64,000 nucleotides of DNA. It comes from Lytechinus pictus (Eukaryota). Each line of letters starts with the position of its first letter. Position 1 is the stretch's first letter. Below, piece after piece: positions 53,001 to 62,430 of this stretch. Under the pieces are notes generated by a model that saw only the letters and a program-made list of their open reading frames with translations, ran no database searches and was not told the DNA's origin. The DNA is taken from assembly GCF_037042905.1 (NCBI RefSeq), contig NC_087252.1, positions 9,488,001-9,552,000 of the forward strand. The letters run 5' to 3'. The position numbers were made by a program, and so were the translations under genes.

Positions 53001-56000
53001 AACATGGCCTAAGTTTATTGACCTTAACTGACCTTTGACCTTGGTTTTGTGACCTGAAACTCACAGGGGATGTTCAGTGATACTTGATTACTCTTATATC
53101 CCAAGTGAACTAGATCCATAAACTTTTAGAGTTAGGATGGTAATTTAACAAATACCCCAAACACGGCCAAAGTTCATTGACCTTTAATGACCTTTGACCA
53201 TGGTCATGTGACCTGAAACTCGTACAGGATGTTCAGTGATACTTGATTACTCTTATGTCCAAGTTTTATGAACTAAATCCGTAAACTTTCAGAGTTAGGA
53301 TGGTAATTTAACAAATACCCCCAACACGGCCAAAGTTCATTGACCTTAAATGACCATTGACCATGGTCATGTGACCTGAAACTCGCACATGATTACCCTT
53401 TTTACACACGCTAAAATTTCCTTAACCCCGTACTATAGGTGGGGCTAAATTGCCATTTAGCCCCACCTATAGTACGGGGTTAAGCTTAGCCCACTTTCTT
53501 TTTACACAGCATTTTTGCAAAGTGGGCTAACCCCACCTTTAGTACGGGATTATTTGGCCCTGCAAAAAAGCAGGGTTATCCCAGCAATTGCGGTGCTAAG
53601 AGCGATAGTACGGGGTTAAGATCGCTAGTGTAAAACGAAAGTGGGCTAAGCTTAACCCCGTACTATAGGTGGGGCTAAATGGCAATTTAGCCCCACCTAT
53701 AGTACGGGGTTAAGGAAATTTTAGCGTGTGTAAAAAGGTACGAGTGAAGTACTTGTACTACGAATGATCGACAAAAACCACTAGTCCGGGGTTAGCGAGT
53801 TTCGTGTGTGAAAAGCAAGCATTCCTTATCCGGGGTTAGCGATAACAATTTGGCATGTGTGAAAAGGAAAAATAATAGTACGGGGTTAAGGATAGTACGG
53901 GGTTAGCGATAGTCCGGGGTTAAGAAAATCCTGTGTAAAAAGGGTAGATGTTTGCTAATACTTGATTAACCTTATGTCCAAGTTTCATGAACTAGATCCA
54001 TAAATTTTCAAAGTTATGATAGTAATTCAACAAATACCCCCAACTTGACCAAAGTTCATTGACCCTAAATGACCTTTGACCTTGGTCACGTGACCTGAAA
54101 CTCGAGCAGGATGTTCACTAATACTTGATTAACCTTATGCCTAAGTTACATGAACTAGGTCCATATACTTTCTAAGTTATGATGTCATTTCAAAAACTTA
54201 ACCTTCGGTTAAGATTTTGAAAATAATTCTCCCAACATGGTCAAAGTTCATTGACCCTAAATGACCTTTGACCTTGGTCATGTGACCTGAAACTCAGGCA
54301 GGATGTTTAGTAATACTTGATTAATCTTATGTCCAAGTTTCATGAACTAGGTCCATATACTTTCTAAGTTATGATGTCATTTCAAAAACTTAACCTTAGG
54401 TTAAGATTTGATGTTGACGCCGCCGCCGCCGCCGCCGTCGCCGTCGGAAAAGCGGCGCCTATAGTCTCGCTCTGCTATGCAGGCGAGACAAAAATGATAT
54501 TAAAGTCCACTTACACAACATTCAGAATGCCTGAGAAATCGAAATCCCCTCTGACTTGTTCATGTAGATTCCAAGGGACATACCTGATGATAAGAAAATT
54601 AAATGTCATCTTAAAAGCTTCTTCTTAAATAGATATTGCACTCACTTGTTATTTCATTTCTTAAACTAAATTTTTCTTTTTTTAACAGGTGAGTTTTTTT
54701 TATGAAACTTAAAATCACAGAGTTGTGGCTGTGGTGATTAATATGCCCAGTAATTATCATATTGGCAGGAATACCTAGGGGAAAAGGCCAGAGTACAAGG
54801 TTCTGCCATCAATCGCTCATGTTCTCCAGCAGTGGTGAAGGTGATGGGTCAGAGATAAATCTTGTTCCGTATAAGAGTCTGAATTCTGCTCTCTTTTGGT
54901 TGATCTCTTTTTTTTTCAGGTTATGATTATATTACAATCATTTATGAATGAAAAAAACTATAGGAAGTACTCTTGTTTTTTTTAATGGGCCTAAATAATT
55001 TTGGACAATAAAATAACCCTAAAAAAATTGACTTTATGTTATAATAACTTTATAGTTCAGCCGATTTAAGGCTGCTGGGCAAATAACCATGTTGGCCAGG
55101 GATCTTGAAAATTGTAAAAACTTTAGAAAGTCTCCTTGATCTTGATCAGTAAGAAATGACATCTGTGACATCTACTTTGATGGGAGGAAGATTCCCCTTC
55201 CATCAGTACCTACCTTTGCAAAATAATCTGAAAAGTTTGAATGTTGAATATTAATGTTTTGCCAAGCTTTATCACAACTTTATGAATGACAGGTACATGA
55301 GAAGCCAAAAGGGTGTGTGTCCATAACTTTTAATATTGCTAGAAAAGTCATACAAATGTTGGTCAAATTTGCAACACTTCTCAAAGAAGGCCTACATTGT
55401 CTGTAAAAAAAACGAGTTGCCTTTACATGTCAGAAAATATTATTTGGACTCATTTCCAATTTCTCACAGCTTCACAATATAAAATTTAGAATTCCTCCAC
55501 ATTGAAGCACACACTTGCGACACTGTGACAGAGTAGTGCATTTTATCTGTATGTAAAATACTCTTTCAATTCTTTTACAAATTTATACACATAAAGACAC
55601 CGTCATAATGCTATAAGAAATGGTAACTATTCACAAATACAAAATTATTAGATCAATTGGTAATCATTGGTCTGGCGGTCCCGGACCTAAATCACAATAT
55701 ATTTAATGTACACCTCTGTAAATCTAGGATCTTGAACCTTGATAATTTATATCAAAATTTAATTGTGTGAATATTTTCCAACATTCCAAGTTTGTACGAA
55801 GAAATTATTGTCTTTTTTGCTCAAAATTTTAAAGAATTTTGTAGTCATACTCACGTGGTAACAGTGTTGAGTCCACCACTCTTCATCTTTCGGAGGCGAT
55901 CCTCCCAGTACTCTGGCACGACCCGGAAGTAATGCATGCTCCCTGAGAGGATAGTGACCTCCTCCCCATTGAGAACAAACTCTCCATTCTGCAGCTTAAG

Positions 56001-56138
56001 GCTCGGTTCCTGCAAAGATTTCATGTAATCGAGCTGAAGGTTCTTGTTGCGTTGGAAGTACCACAATATCATCAGAGCGAACATCCCAATCAAAACTAAC
56101 CATCGTAACAGATGCACACCTCGTATTGACACCGTCAT
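28982..56138 (-). CDS. GLB1L2: Glycoside hydrolase family 35 beta-galactosidase (GLB1L2/GLB1L3-like), 17 coding exons, 661 aa, N-terminal signal anchor
   Basis: complement join(55855..56138,54515..54583,48222..48317,46998..47106,45437..45529,43740..43824,43214..43278,40343..40571,38925..39017,37940..38046,36815..36967,35957..36031,34579..34669,32231..32318,31214..31331,29854..29970,28982..29095) = 1986 nt, all GT-AG with consistent phases. GH35 motifs [40 protein letters not shown] (acid/base Glu), [12 protein letters not shown] (nucleophile Glu), [39 protein letters not shown]. Confidence 0.93.
29854..29970 (-). CDS. GLB1L2: GH35 exon 16 ([23 protein letters not shown])
   Basis: cctag acceptor; GAG|GTAAGA donor; 117 nt. 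Confidence 0.95.
30000..30209 (-). mobile_element. tRNA-derived SINE in GH35 intron 15
   Basis: GGAGGTGCCGCGGCCGAGTGGTCCAAGGCGC...GAGTTTGATTCCC head followed by a TGCCCTTGAGCGAGGCATTT body. Confidence 0.75.
30807..30962. mobile_element. Short palindromic Harbinger-like MITE
   Basis: GCCTGTTGCATAAAACTTTTTACCTGAGAAAACTC / GAGTTTTCTCAGGTAAAAGTTTTATGCAACAGGC; flanked by CTG. Confidence 0.7.
31214..31331 (-). CDS. GLB1L2: GH35 exon 15 (PALYRATL...PKDTFVNMK)
   Basis: gacag acceptor; AAG|GTAAGT donor; 118 nt. Confidence 0.92.
31633..31902. mobile_element. Chimeric fragment: piggyBac-like end fused to a Kolobok-like end
   Basis: 31633-31742 matches (inverted) the right end of 13640-14372; 31745-31902 matches the right end of 57806-58344 and 62431-63035; TTAA on both outer sides. 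Confidence 0.7.
32231..32318 (-). CDS. GLB1L2: GH35 exon 14 (LLGDVMIN...WEMYPLEF)
   Basis: tttcag acceptor; GC|GTAAGT donor; 88 nt. Confidence 0.92.
32509..32829. mobile_element. hAT-like MITE with a 6-bp TSD
   Basis: AACATA|CAGGGTTCCCACA...TGTGGGAACCCTG|AACATA; internal TTTCCATGAC motifs. Confidence 0.75.
33200..34500. mobile_element. Probable Helentron-associated non-autonomous element with a tRNA-like segment at one end
   Basis: TGACCTTTGACC motifs, repeated CCCATAGAGATTACACG (33287, 33513), (AAT)n and a short inverted repeat at the right end; boundaries approximate. Confidence 0.45.
34579..34669 (-). CDS. GLB1L2: GH35 exon 13 ([13 protein letters not shown]...KKG)
   Basis: tacag acceptor; G|GTGGGT donor; 91 nt. 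Confidence 0.92.
35957..36031 (-). CDS. GLB1L2: GH35 exon 12 ([11 protein letters not shown])
   Basis: tatag acceptor; ACT|GTAAGT donor; 75 nt. Confidence 0.9.
36815..36967 (-). CDS. GLB1L2: GH35 exon 11 ([20 protein letters not shown]...RDRAQ)
   Basis: tgcag acceptor; CAG|GTAATG donor; 153 nt. Confidence 0.93.
37415..37946. repeat. 25-bp minisatellite derived from the GH35 exon 10 / intron 10 junction
   Basis: Unit GTGATCATGTGACTTACCCCACTGT, about 21 copies, with a 101-bp higher-order repeat (37571/37672); the last unit overlaps the real donor; degenerate units also at about 37038-37100. Confidence 0.92.
37940..38046 (-). CDS. GLB1L2: GH35 exon 10 (PSTLPELP...LLEISG)
   Basis: ttcag acceptor; GGG|GTAAGT donor; 107 nt; phases fit exons 9 and 11. 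Confidence 0.88.
38925..39017 (-). CDS. GLB1L2: GH35 exon 9 ([16 protein letters not shown])
   Basis: ttcag acceptor; G|GTAGGA donor; 93 nt. Confidence 0.93.
40343..40571 (-). CDS. GLB1L2: GH35 exon 8 ([16 protein letters not shown]...[11 protein letters not shown]...TSY)
   Basis: atcag acceptor; G|GTATGA donor; 229 nt. Confidence 0.95.
42084..42667 (+). mobile_element. Kolobok-like MITE family A, copy 3 (intact, 584 bp)
   Basis: TTAA TSD on both sides; AGGAGAATGAAAC termini; long imperfect inverted arms. Confidence 0.9.
42715..42955. mobile_element. Harbinger/Tourist-like MITE with AAT TSD
   Basis: AAT|GGGTGATTTCAAG...CTTGAAATCACCC|AAT; empty site CACAATGTGGTCAC visible in the paralogous segment near 41775. 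Confidence 0.8.
43214..43278 (-). CDS. GLB1L2: GH35 exon 7 (LMTANFQ...LKALQ)
   Basis: tttcag acceptor; CAG|GTAAGC donor; 65 nt. Confidence 0.9.
43740..43824 (-). CDS. GLB1L2: GH35 exon 6 ([11 protein letters not shown])
   Basis: tttcag acceptor; G|GTAAGT donor; 85 nt. Confidence 0.92.
45437..45529 (-). CDS. GLB1L2: GH35 exon 5 ([16 protein letters not shown])
   Basis: tttag acceptor; GAG|GTGAGT donor; 93 nt. Confidence 0.95.
45894..46970. mobile_element. Chain of five Harbinger-like MITEs
   Basis: Units 45894-46030, 46034-46200, 46204-~46450 (truncated), 46453-46691 and 46695-46970; CTG at 45891, 46031, 46201, 46692 and 46971. Confidence 0.8.
46998..47106 (-). CDS. GLB1L2: GH35 exon 4 ([15 protein letters not shown]...PLQ)
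   Basis: tacag acceptor; CAA|GTAAGT donor; 109 nt. Confidence 0.93.
47251..47645. mobile_element. Kolobok-like MITE (third family) nested in a SINE
   Basis: TTAA|AGGTAAATGCTAG...CTGGAATTTCTCT|TTAA interrupting the SINE body at about 47190-47880. Confidence 0.6.
48222..48317 (-). CDS. GLB1L2: GH35 exon 3 ([16 protein letters not shown])
   Basis: tttcag acceptor; AG|GTAAGA donor; 96 nt. Confidence 0.95.
50251..50490. repeat. ~240-bp near-perfect palindrome (foldback MITE)
   Basis: Arms AGACCGGGGTTAGTTGGAACGCGGGGTAAGTTGAAACATTG... and their reverse complement meet at AATACAACA-A-TGTTGTATT (centre 50370). Confidence 0.9.
52753..54489 (-). mobile_element. Helentron-type non-autonomous element (DINE-1/pearl-like architecture) with internal minisatellite, copy A
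   Basis: Subterminal inverted repeat GTCTCGCCTGCAT/ATGCAGGCGAGAC; (GCC)n microsatellite; 120-190-bp tandem core repeats with TGACCTTTGACC; inverted relative of 60107-61056. Confidence 0.75.
53394..53946. mobile_element. Nested multi-palindromic non-autonomous DNA transposon
   Basis: GAT|TACCCTTTTTACAC...GTGTAAAAAGGGTA|GAT interrupting one minisatellite unit; repeated TAGTACGGGGTTA motifs. Confidence 0.8.
54515..54583 (-). CDS. GLB1L2: GH35 exon 2 ([18 protein letters not shown])
   Basis: atcag acceptor; GT|GTAAGT donor; 69 nt. Confidence 0.93.
55855..56138 (-). CDS. GLB1L2: GH35 coding exon 1 (signal anchor, [18 protein letters not shown])
   Basis: ATG at 56138; AC|GTGAGT donor; 284 nt. 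Confidence 0.92.
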
Positions 56139-57204
56139 TGTGTTTTAAGAAATGGTAACTATATTACTATTCACAAGATAGAAAATTACAAAATTCAAAG
56201 TCTACTTTCAGAATTCAGTTTCAGTTCACGAGGAAGTTCAAAGCCAAAGCAAGGTAAGGCCCAGAAGATCTAGGACAAAAATTAATTCTACAAATTTTGT
56301 TCAATTCGACCTCCCCCATCTGTCTAAATCACACGAGTGCTTCCTCTGCCTGGCAAATACAGTGCATGCCAATGTCACCAACACTCATTTTTCTAGAGTG
56401 AGTGGGTCTTAGACTTTAACAGTTAGAGACATGACATGTAAAAAAAATGCATGTGTCATCTGGCATCCTGTATGTATCAAAAAATGAGTGGATTCAATTA
56501 TTGGGGGGGGGGGGGCTCCAGTCTAAAAATAAACAATCATATGCTATGAATAATCTAAGTTAAGACTTTCTTGTAAGTTGTATTAATGCTTCAGCCGTGA
56601 AAAAAAAGTCACCATCTTTCACTTTTTCAGCAGATAGATCTGGGCGTAATAATACAAATAGTCTAAAGCTAGCCACCAGCGAATTTCCACATTGATGTTC
56701 GCCGCAACTCTCGGCACACGTAGCGCGGACGATCCCGTTTAGATCTCGGCGGTATATCACTTCAAGATCCCAATCCAATTTCAGCGTTGAATAGAATAAA
56801 CGTAAGCTCGATATTTCTGGTTGGCCTTCCAAAAGTGTGTTCAAATCATTTACGTTGTGCTATGCCAAGCAATACAGGGTTGTATAGCTCAAAATATAAA
56901 TAAAATGGCATCAGACCACCACCGTTCATGGGCATGCTCTCACTCTCAGAAAAAAATGATATTCGGTTCCTGACTGTACTAGTCTTTGTTTCAAACCCAC
57001 CTAATTATAATTTTACGAAGTGGATTGATTTTATATACCCTTGAAAAAAAAAAGAAATTGCAAACATCGGGGCAACAATTTATCTCAATCCTCGTTATAT
57101 CCATATAAAAATATCTTACAACCAGTAAAATAAAATACCCTGCAGTGCAGATATTCTGTTTTTATTCAAAGCAAAATTATTAGTTGAGTTTGCATAATAG
57201 ACTA

Positions 57205-57450
57205 AAGTGGGCGCGGCGCGGGCGGGGCCGATGTGGGGCGGGGCGCCGATATTAAAACTCACCGACATAACGATTTCTTGGTTTTCTTCCGTAAGATGCA
57301 GCTTCTCCAAAAACTGCTATCCGATCATTCGGAAAGCAGAAGACAAAAGCAAATTCAACTGGTCCACGCCGTCCCAAAATCTGTCAACCGTGTCACAGTG
57401 CGAACGAGTCGAAATCTACAAACTCCTTCCACTTTAATAATGTGCCGACT
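57205..57450 (-). promoter_or_regulatory. CpG/GC-box cluster with a candidate non-coding first exon of the GH35 gene
   Basis: GGGCGG boxes at 57207-57247; minus-strand donor TCG|GTGAGT at 57263/57262; candidate acceptor ttttgtcctag at 56270 upstream of the ATG. Confidence 0.35.
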
Positions 57451-57805
57451 AAAGAAATAAGGCGAATTTCGAAGAGCAAATGATTATCTTGATCAACAGA
57501 TATTGTTTATTCTGCTCGAAGAAACTATATATACCTAGACCGTTCAAATGCAAATAAGACCCGGGAATAAGATGTTTGAGTCCGAAGGTCATAAACGGCT
57601 ATCTCAGGGACGGATATCCGCCCCCCCCCCCCCACAAACACACATCCACATTCCCCTCCCAATTGCAAGTTGGCGGCGGGATGTGTCTATTATGAGAACA
57701 GTTTTGTTGAACTTTTTTTTTTCAAGTTTAAGCTTAAGTTAGCATATTTTGGCAAAGAGCTCTTTTGGGATTCATGATTTTGGCGCTTATACCACGCATC
57801 ATTAA

Positions 57806-58344
57806 AGAACAAGTCCACCCCAACAAAAAGTTGATTTGAATAAAAAGAGAAAAATCAAATTAGCATAACACTGAAAATTTCATCAAAATCGGATGAAAAA
57901 TAAGAAAGTTATGACATTTCTAAGTTTCACTTGATTTCAGAAAATAGTTATTATGCACATCCCGATCGGTATGCAAATGACTAATTTTCTCCTCATTGTC
58001 CTGTGAAACAAAGTTTTATTTCTCCCTGAACATGTGGAATTACCCTTGTTCAACATTTTATGGTTCAGTCAGTTTTGTCCTTCTTGTCAAATTTGTAAAA
58101 ATTGAAATATTGTATAATTCAAACAATAAAAAACAAAAGAAATAGTGAGTGAGGGACATCATTGATTCTTTCCTTTGCATGTGCCTAAATAGTGCATATA
58201 ACTATTTTTTGAAAAATAAGCGAAAATTTAAAACTTCATAACTTTCTTATTTTACATCCAATTTTGATGAAATTTTCAGCATTATGTTTGTCTGATTTTT
58301 CTCTATTGATTCAAATCAACATTTTTCTGGAGTGGACTTGACCT
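57806..58344 (+). mobile_element. Kolobok-like MITE family C, copy 1
   Basis: TTAA|AGAACAAGTCCACCCC...GAGTGGACTTGACCT|TTAA. Confidence 0.85.
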
Positions 58345-58619
58345 TTAATAATCCAAGTTGTGCATTGTGATCAGAGATCTGAAAATCATACTTGATGTAC
58401 CAATAAAAACTCTGTCTTGATTTTGAGTTGCGATTTAAAAGCTATTTCGACAAGTTAAGGTGATCAACCAATAGACCAGCCAACATTATGAAGTCATGAC
58501 TCTGCATTTAGGACTATACATAGATGAAGAATTGAGAAATAAAACATCGATAGACAATAATGAATCACCAAAGTTCAATAAAGAAACAAATATCTTATCG
58601 ACAAAGAAGACATTAGAAT

Positions 58620-59005
58620 TAACGAAAGGAAGTGGAAGAAGGAGAAGAAGAATTAAGAAGATGAACAATTAAGGAGAAGAACAATTCAGAAGAAAAAGAA
58701 GAAGAGGAGGAGGAGGAGGAGGTATAGGCCCCTATATAGGGGAATAGAAAGAAAGAAAACATAAAGAAAAAGAAGATCAACGACGTAGAAGAAGAAGGAG
58801 GAGGAGAAGTAGACGAAGAAGAAGAGGAAGAAGAAGAAGCGAAAGAAGAAGAAGAAGAAGAAGGGAAAGAAGAAGAAAAAAATAAAGAAGAAGAAGAAGT
58901 GTGTGAGGAGGAAGGGAAACCGGAAGAAGCTAGAAAACAAAGGAGAAGAAGAAGAAGAAGAAGAAGAAGAGAAAAGAAATTAAAGAAGAATTAAAAAGAA
59001 GAAGT
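58620..59005. repeat. Degenerate (GAA)n purine tract
   Basis: GAA/GAG-rich low-complexity sequence. Confidence 0.9.
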
Positions 59006-59999
59006 GTATTTCACGTACAGAGAAAAAAATCATATTTCATATTCAATCATGGTAAAAAAAAATAATAATAAAAATAAATAGTGTTTATACTGTTGTGTGA
59101 AATCAGGCGAAATACTATTGTCTAGGCCTACATTAAAATTAATAAATTTCTTATAAATTCATATGAATTTGAAAAAATCAAATGTTATGCTTGTTTAATT
59201 TCCTCTTGTTATTTTTAACAAATTTTGAGATGTGGTGGACTATGGCGATATCAGAGTTCGAATTCATCTCTGATGGTAACTATAGTGTTCCTGTATTTTA
59301 ATACAGGAACACTAATGGTAACCTTGTCACAGCGCCCTCGCATTACGGTACGGTCACGCTGGACATCGTGGGTCACTGCGCAAACTCTGTCTATATCGGC
59401 GCAACGAGCAAACTTTCCTCCAATCAAAATGCATAACCAAGCAAAGGCCTCATAGACCTTCGCGGGGTGCAATTAAGTGCTTAATTGGGGTCCGATTCAT
59501 CATCATACAATTGCGTTTTTCCCTAGCTCTATTATGGCTGCATATCACATGTTTTGATTTGCAGGCGAGGCCAGGGAAGGGATTGAGAGGCTAATGGGCA
59601 ACGACACCAAACGACACCACCCTTTTTCTTTCTGGGACCGACTGAATACTTTTTAAATACTATTTGTTACATTTTTGGTTACTTGCTGACATATTGACAT
59701 ATTGGTGATTTTGGGTGGCTGGTCACATATCTCCTCCCCCGGGATTTACGCCCGTGCCAATCACATAATTCAAAATGCTGTTTTATGGTAAAGTGGGATC
59801 GGAAAAGTGTGGGGGTGGTGTTAAATAAAGTGGAAAAATGGTTGGCGAAGAAAATAAGTTCTGCGCCGCTCCATTTATTTTAGGTTGAAAACCTTTTTTT
59901 TTTTTTTGGTTATGCTTGTCAAATTTTTCGTCGGGAAAATGTCCCCCCCCCCTTTGGAAAATACTTGATCCGCCCCTGGTTTCACGTGTTCATTCATGA

Positions 60000-61100
60000 C
60001 AGGGGCCACGAAAGCGGGGAGGAGGGGGGGGGGGGGGGCTACAGCCCCCACTTTTTTCCAAAACCGTGTACAAAAACGTAAAAATTACCATATGATTGTG
60101 ATTTTTGTCTCACCTGCATAGCAGAGTGAGACTATAGGCGCCGCTTTTCCGACGGCGGCGGCGGCGGCGTCAACACCAAATCTTAACCTGAGGTTAAGTT
60201 TTTGAAATGACAGCATAACTTAGAAAGTATATGGACCTAGTTCATGAAACTAGGCCATAAGGTTAATCAAGTATTACTGAACATCCTGCCTGAGTTTCAT
60301 GTCACATGACCAAGGTCAAAGGTCATTTAGGGTCAATGAACTTAGACCATGTTTGGGGAATCAACATCAAAATCTTAACCTAAGGTTAAGTTTTTGAAAT
60401 GTCATCATAACTTAGAAAATATATGGACCTAGTTCATGAAACTTACACATAAGGTTAATCAAGTATCACTGAACATCCTGCATGAGTTTCACATCACATG
60501 ACCAAGGTCAAAGGTCATTTAGGGTCAATGAACTTTGGCCGAATTGGGGGTATCTGTTGAATTACCATCATAACTTTGAAAGTTTATGGATCTGATTCAT
60601 GAAACTTGGACATAATAGTAATCAAGTATTACTGAACATCCTGTGCAAGTTTCAGGTCACATGATCAAGGTCAAAGGTCATTTAGGGTCAATGAACTTTG
60701 GCCAAATTGGGGTATTTGTTGAATTACAGCCATAAATTTGAAAGTGTGTTGGTCTAGTTCATAAAACTTGGACATAATAGTAATCAAGTATCACTGAGCA
60801 TCCTGTGCGAGTTTCAGGTCACATGATCAAGGTCAAAGGTCATGTAAGGTCAAAGAACTTTGACCACGTTGGGGGTATTTGTTGAATTGCCATCATATCT
60901 CTATAAGTGTATTGGTCTAGTTCATAAAACGTGGAAATAAGAGTAACCAAGTATCACTGAACATCTTGTGCGAGTAATAGTAGTTTTCAAAATCAGCACT
61001 GCTGCTATATGGCGCGTGATGCATGCAGGTGAGACGGCCAGAGGCATTCCACTTGTTTGCATAGTCAGCCCCCACTTTGAAAACCAATCCGCGGCCCCTG
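60000..61100. mobile_element. hAT-like MITE with a 5-bp TSD, hosting the Helentron-type element
   Basis: CATGA|CAGGGGCC...GGCCCCTG|CATGA; about 150 bp once the insert is removed. Confidence 0.7.
60107..61056 (+). mobile_element. Helentron-type non-autonomous element, copy B
   Basis: TTTTT|GTCTCACCTGCAT...(GGC)n...tandem GGTCAAAGGTCA cores...ATGCAGGTGAGAC...CCACTTGT|TT; inserted in a T run with no clear TSD. Confidence 0.75.
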
Positions 61101-61499
61101 CATGACCCTGGGCAGCGGGAGGTGTTACATTATTCTTCACAGGCAGCACCCCCTGTAATTCTGGTAGGTGTGACAATATTTTTTGCTTGTCATATTTCTC
61201 GGAACCAAAATGACCATCTTTTTTCTTTTCTTTTTTTTACAGTGAAACCCCCATTTTCTGCTTGTCAAATTTACATCAGCGGATCAGCATCCCTTGTAAA
61301 ATAAAATGGTCCAAGGGCCCTGCGTTCATTGGTACTAAATTCTATAAAGATAATATTTACGAGTATTTTTTATACTATGGAATATTTATGTTCATTACTG
61401 GAGAACCGGGAGAAAAAACAAAACACAAAAAATGATACATGTAGGAATATTCGGATTGCAGTGATTTTGCTGGCGAAAATATTGTCTTTTACCCAATTT

Positions 61500-62120
61500 C
61501 GTCCCTCTCTCATATCTTACTCTCACCTAACTCCCCCCTTTCCATCAGTCTCACTCTGTCTTCTCCACCTCCCATGTGTCACTCTCTCGCTTCTCTTCTG
61601 CCCCCTTTCTAACTCTTCCATTCCCCCGTCTCCATTACTCTATTTCTTTCTCTATTCTCCTATCCCTCCCTTATCCGTTTTCTGTACGCCATCGCCCATT
61701 CTTCAATTCTGCTTCTACCCCCTCTCTCCGATCTGTAAACCTCCTTGCTTCCCTCTCTTCTCCTCCTATTCCTCTCGTATGCCCCGTCTCTCCGATCTGT
61801 AAACCTCCTTACTTTCCTCTCTTCTCCTATTCCTCTCTCAACTCCTTTCCCCCTCTTACCTTCTGTTTATTCTCAATTGCTCACTTCTCTTCTCGTTGCT
61901 TTCCATCTCTCCTGTACCGTTTCTACCCCCTTCTCTCATTCAGTTCCTCTCCCTTCCCTCTATCTTCCTCTTTTATCTGCTGTCTGTTCTCCATCGCTCA
62001 CCTCTCTTCCATTCCATCTCCTCTTTTCTCTGCTCTCCCATTCTGCTTCTAAACCCCTTTCTCTTCACCCCCTCTTCTCTCCAAATCTCCCATTCTTTTC
62101 TGCCTTTTGTCCTCTGTCTC
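61500..62120. repeat. Pyrimidine-rich low-complexity tract
   Basis: C/T-rich; contains a short direct repeat TCTCCGATCTGTAAACCTCCTT. Confidence 0.8.
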
Positions 62121-62430
62121 ACACTATAGTGGGAGGGGGGGGGGGAGGGAGTATGGGGATACTGCCATTACAAGATGGACACCGTATGCTCGTACACAAA
62201 ATCATAAATGGGTTGTTTTCCACGGTTGGCACATACCATGAAAACTGAAAAGAGCACTTGTTTCACCCTATAAAAAATGCAATTCTTGTTGCTTTGTTTA
62301 GGGTGGGGGAAAACGCGATTATTAATGGTCTTAGTTGGACTCTTTGAGATGGAAGAAAGATTGCTTGTTTAGGGTTCATTTTGAAAGTCTCTGTTCTACT
62401 GTATATGTAGCATGGTATTCACCTCCTTAA

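Noticed and set aside
58486..58940. Phe/Leu-rich ORFs resembling membrane proteins
   Set aside because: Reverse translation of the GAA-rich tract
61329..62248. Three overlapping 157-167-aa Pro/Ser/Leu ORFs
   Set aside because: A pyrimidine-rich low-complexity tract lacks stop codons in all frames
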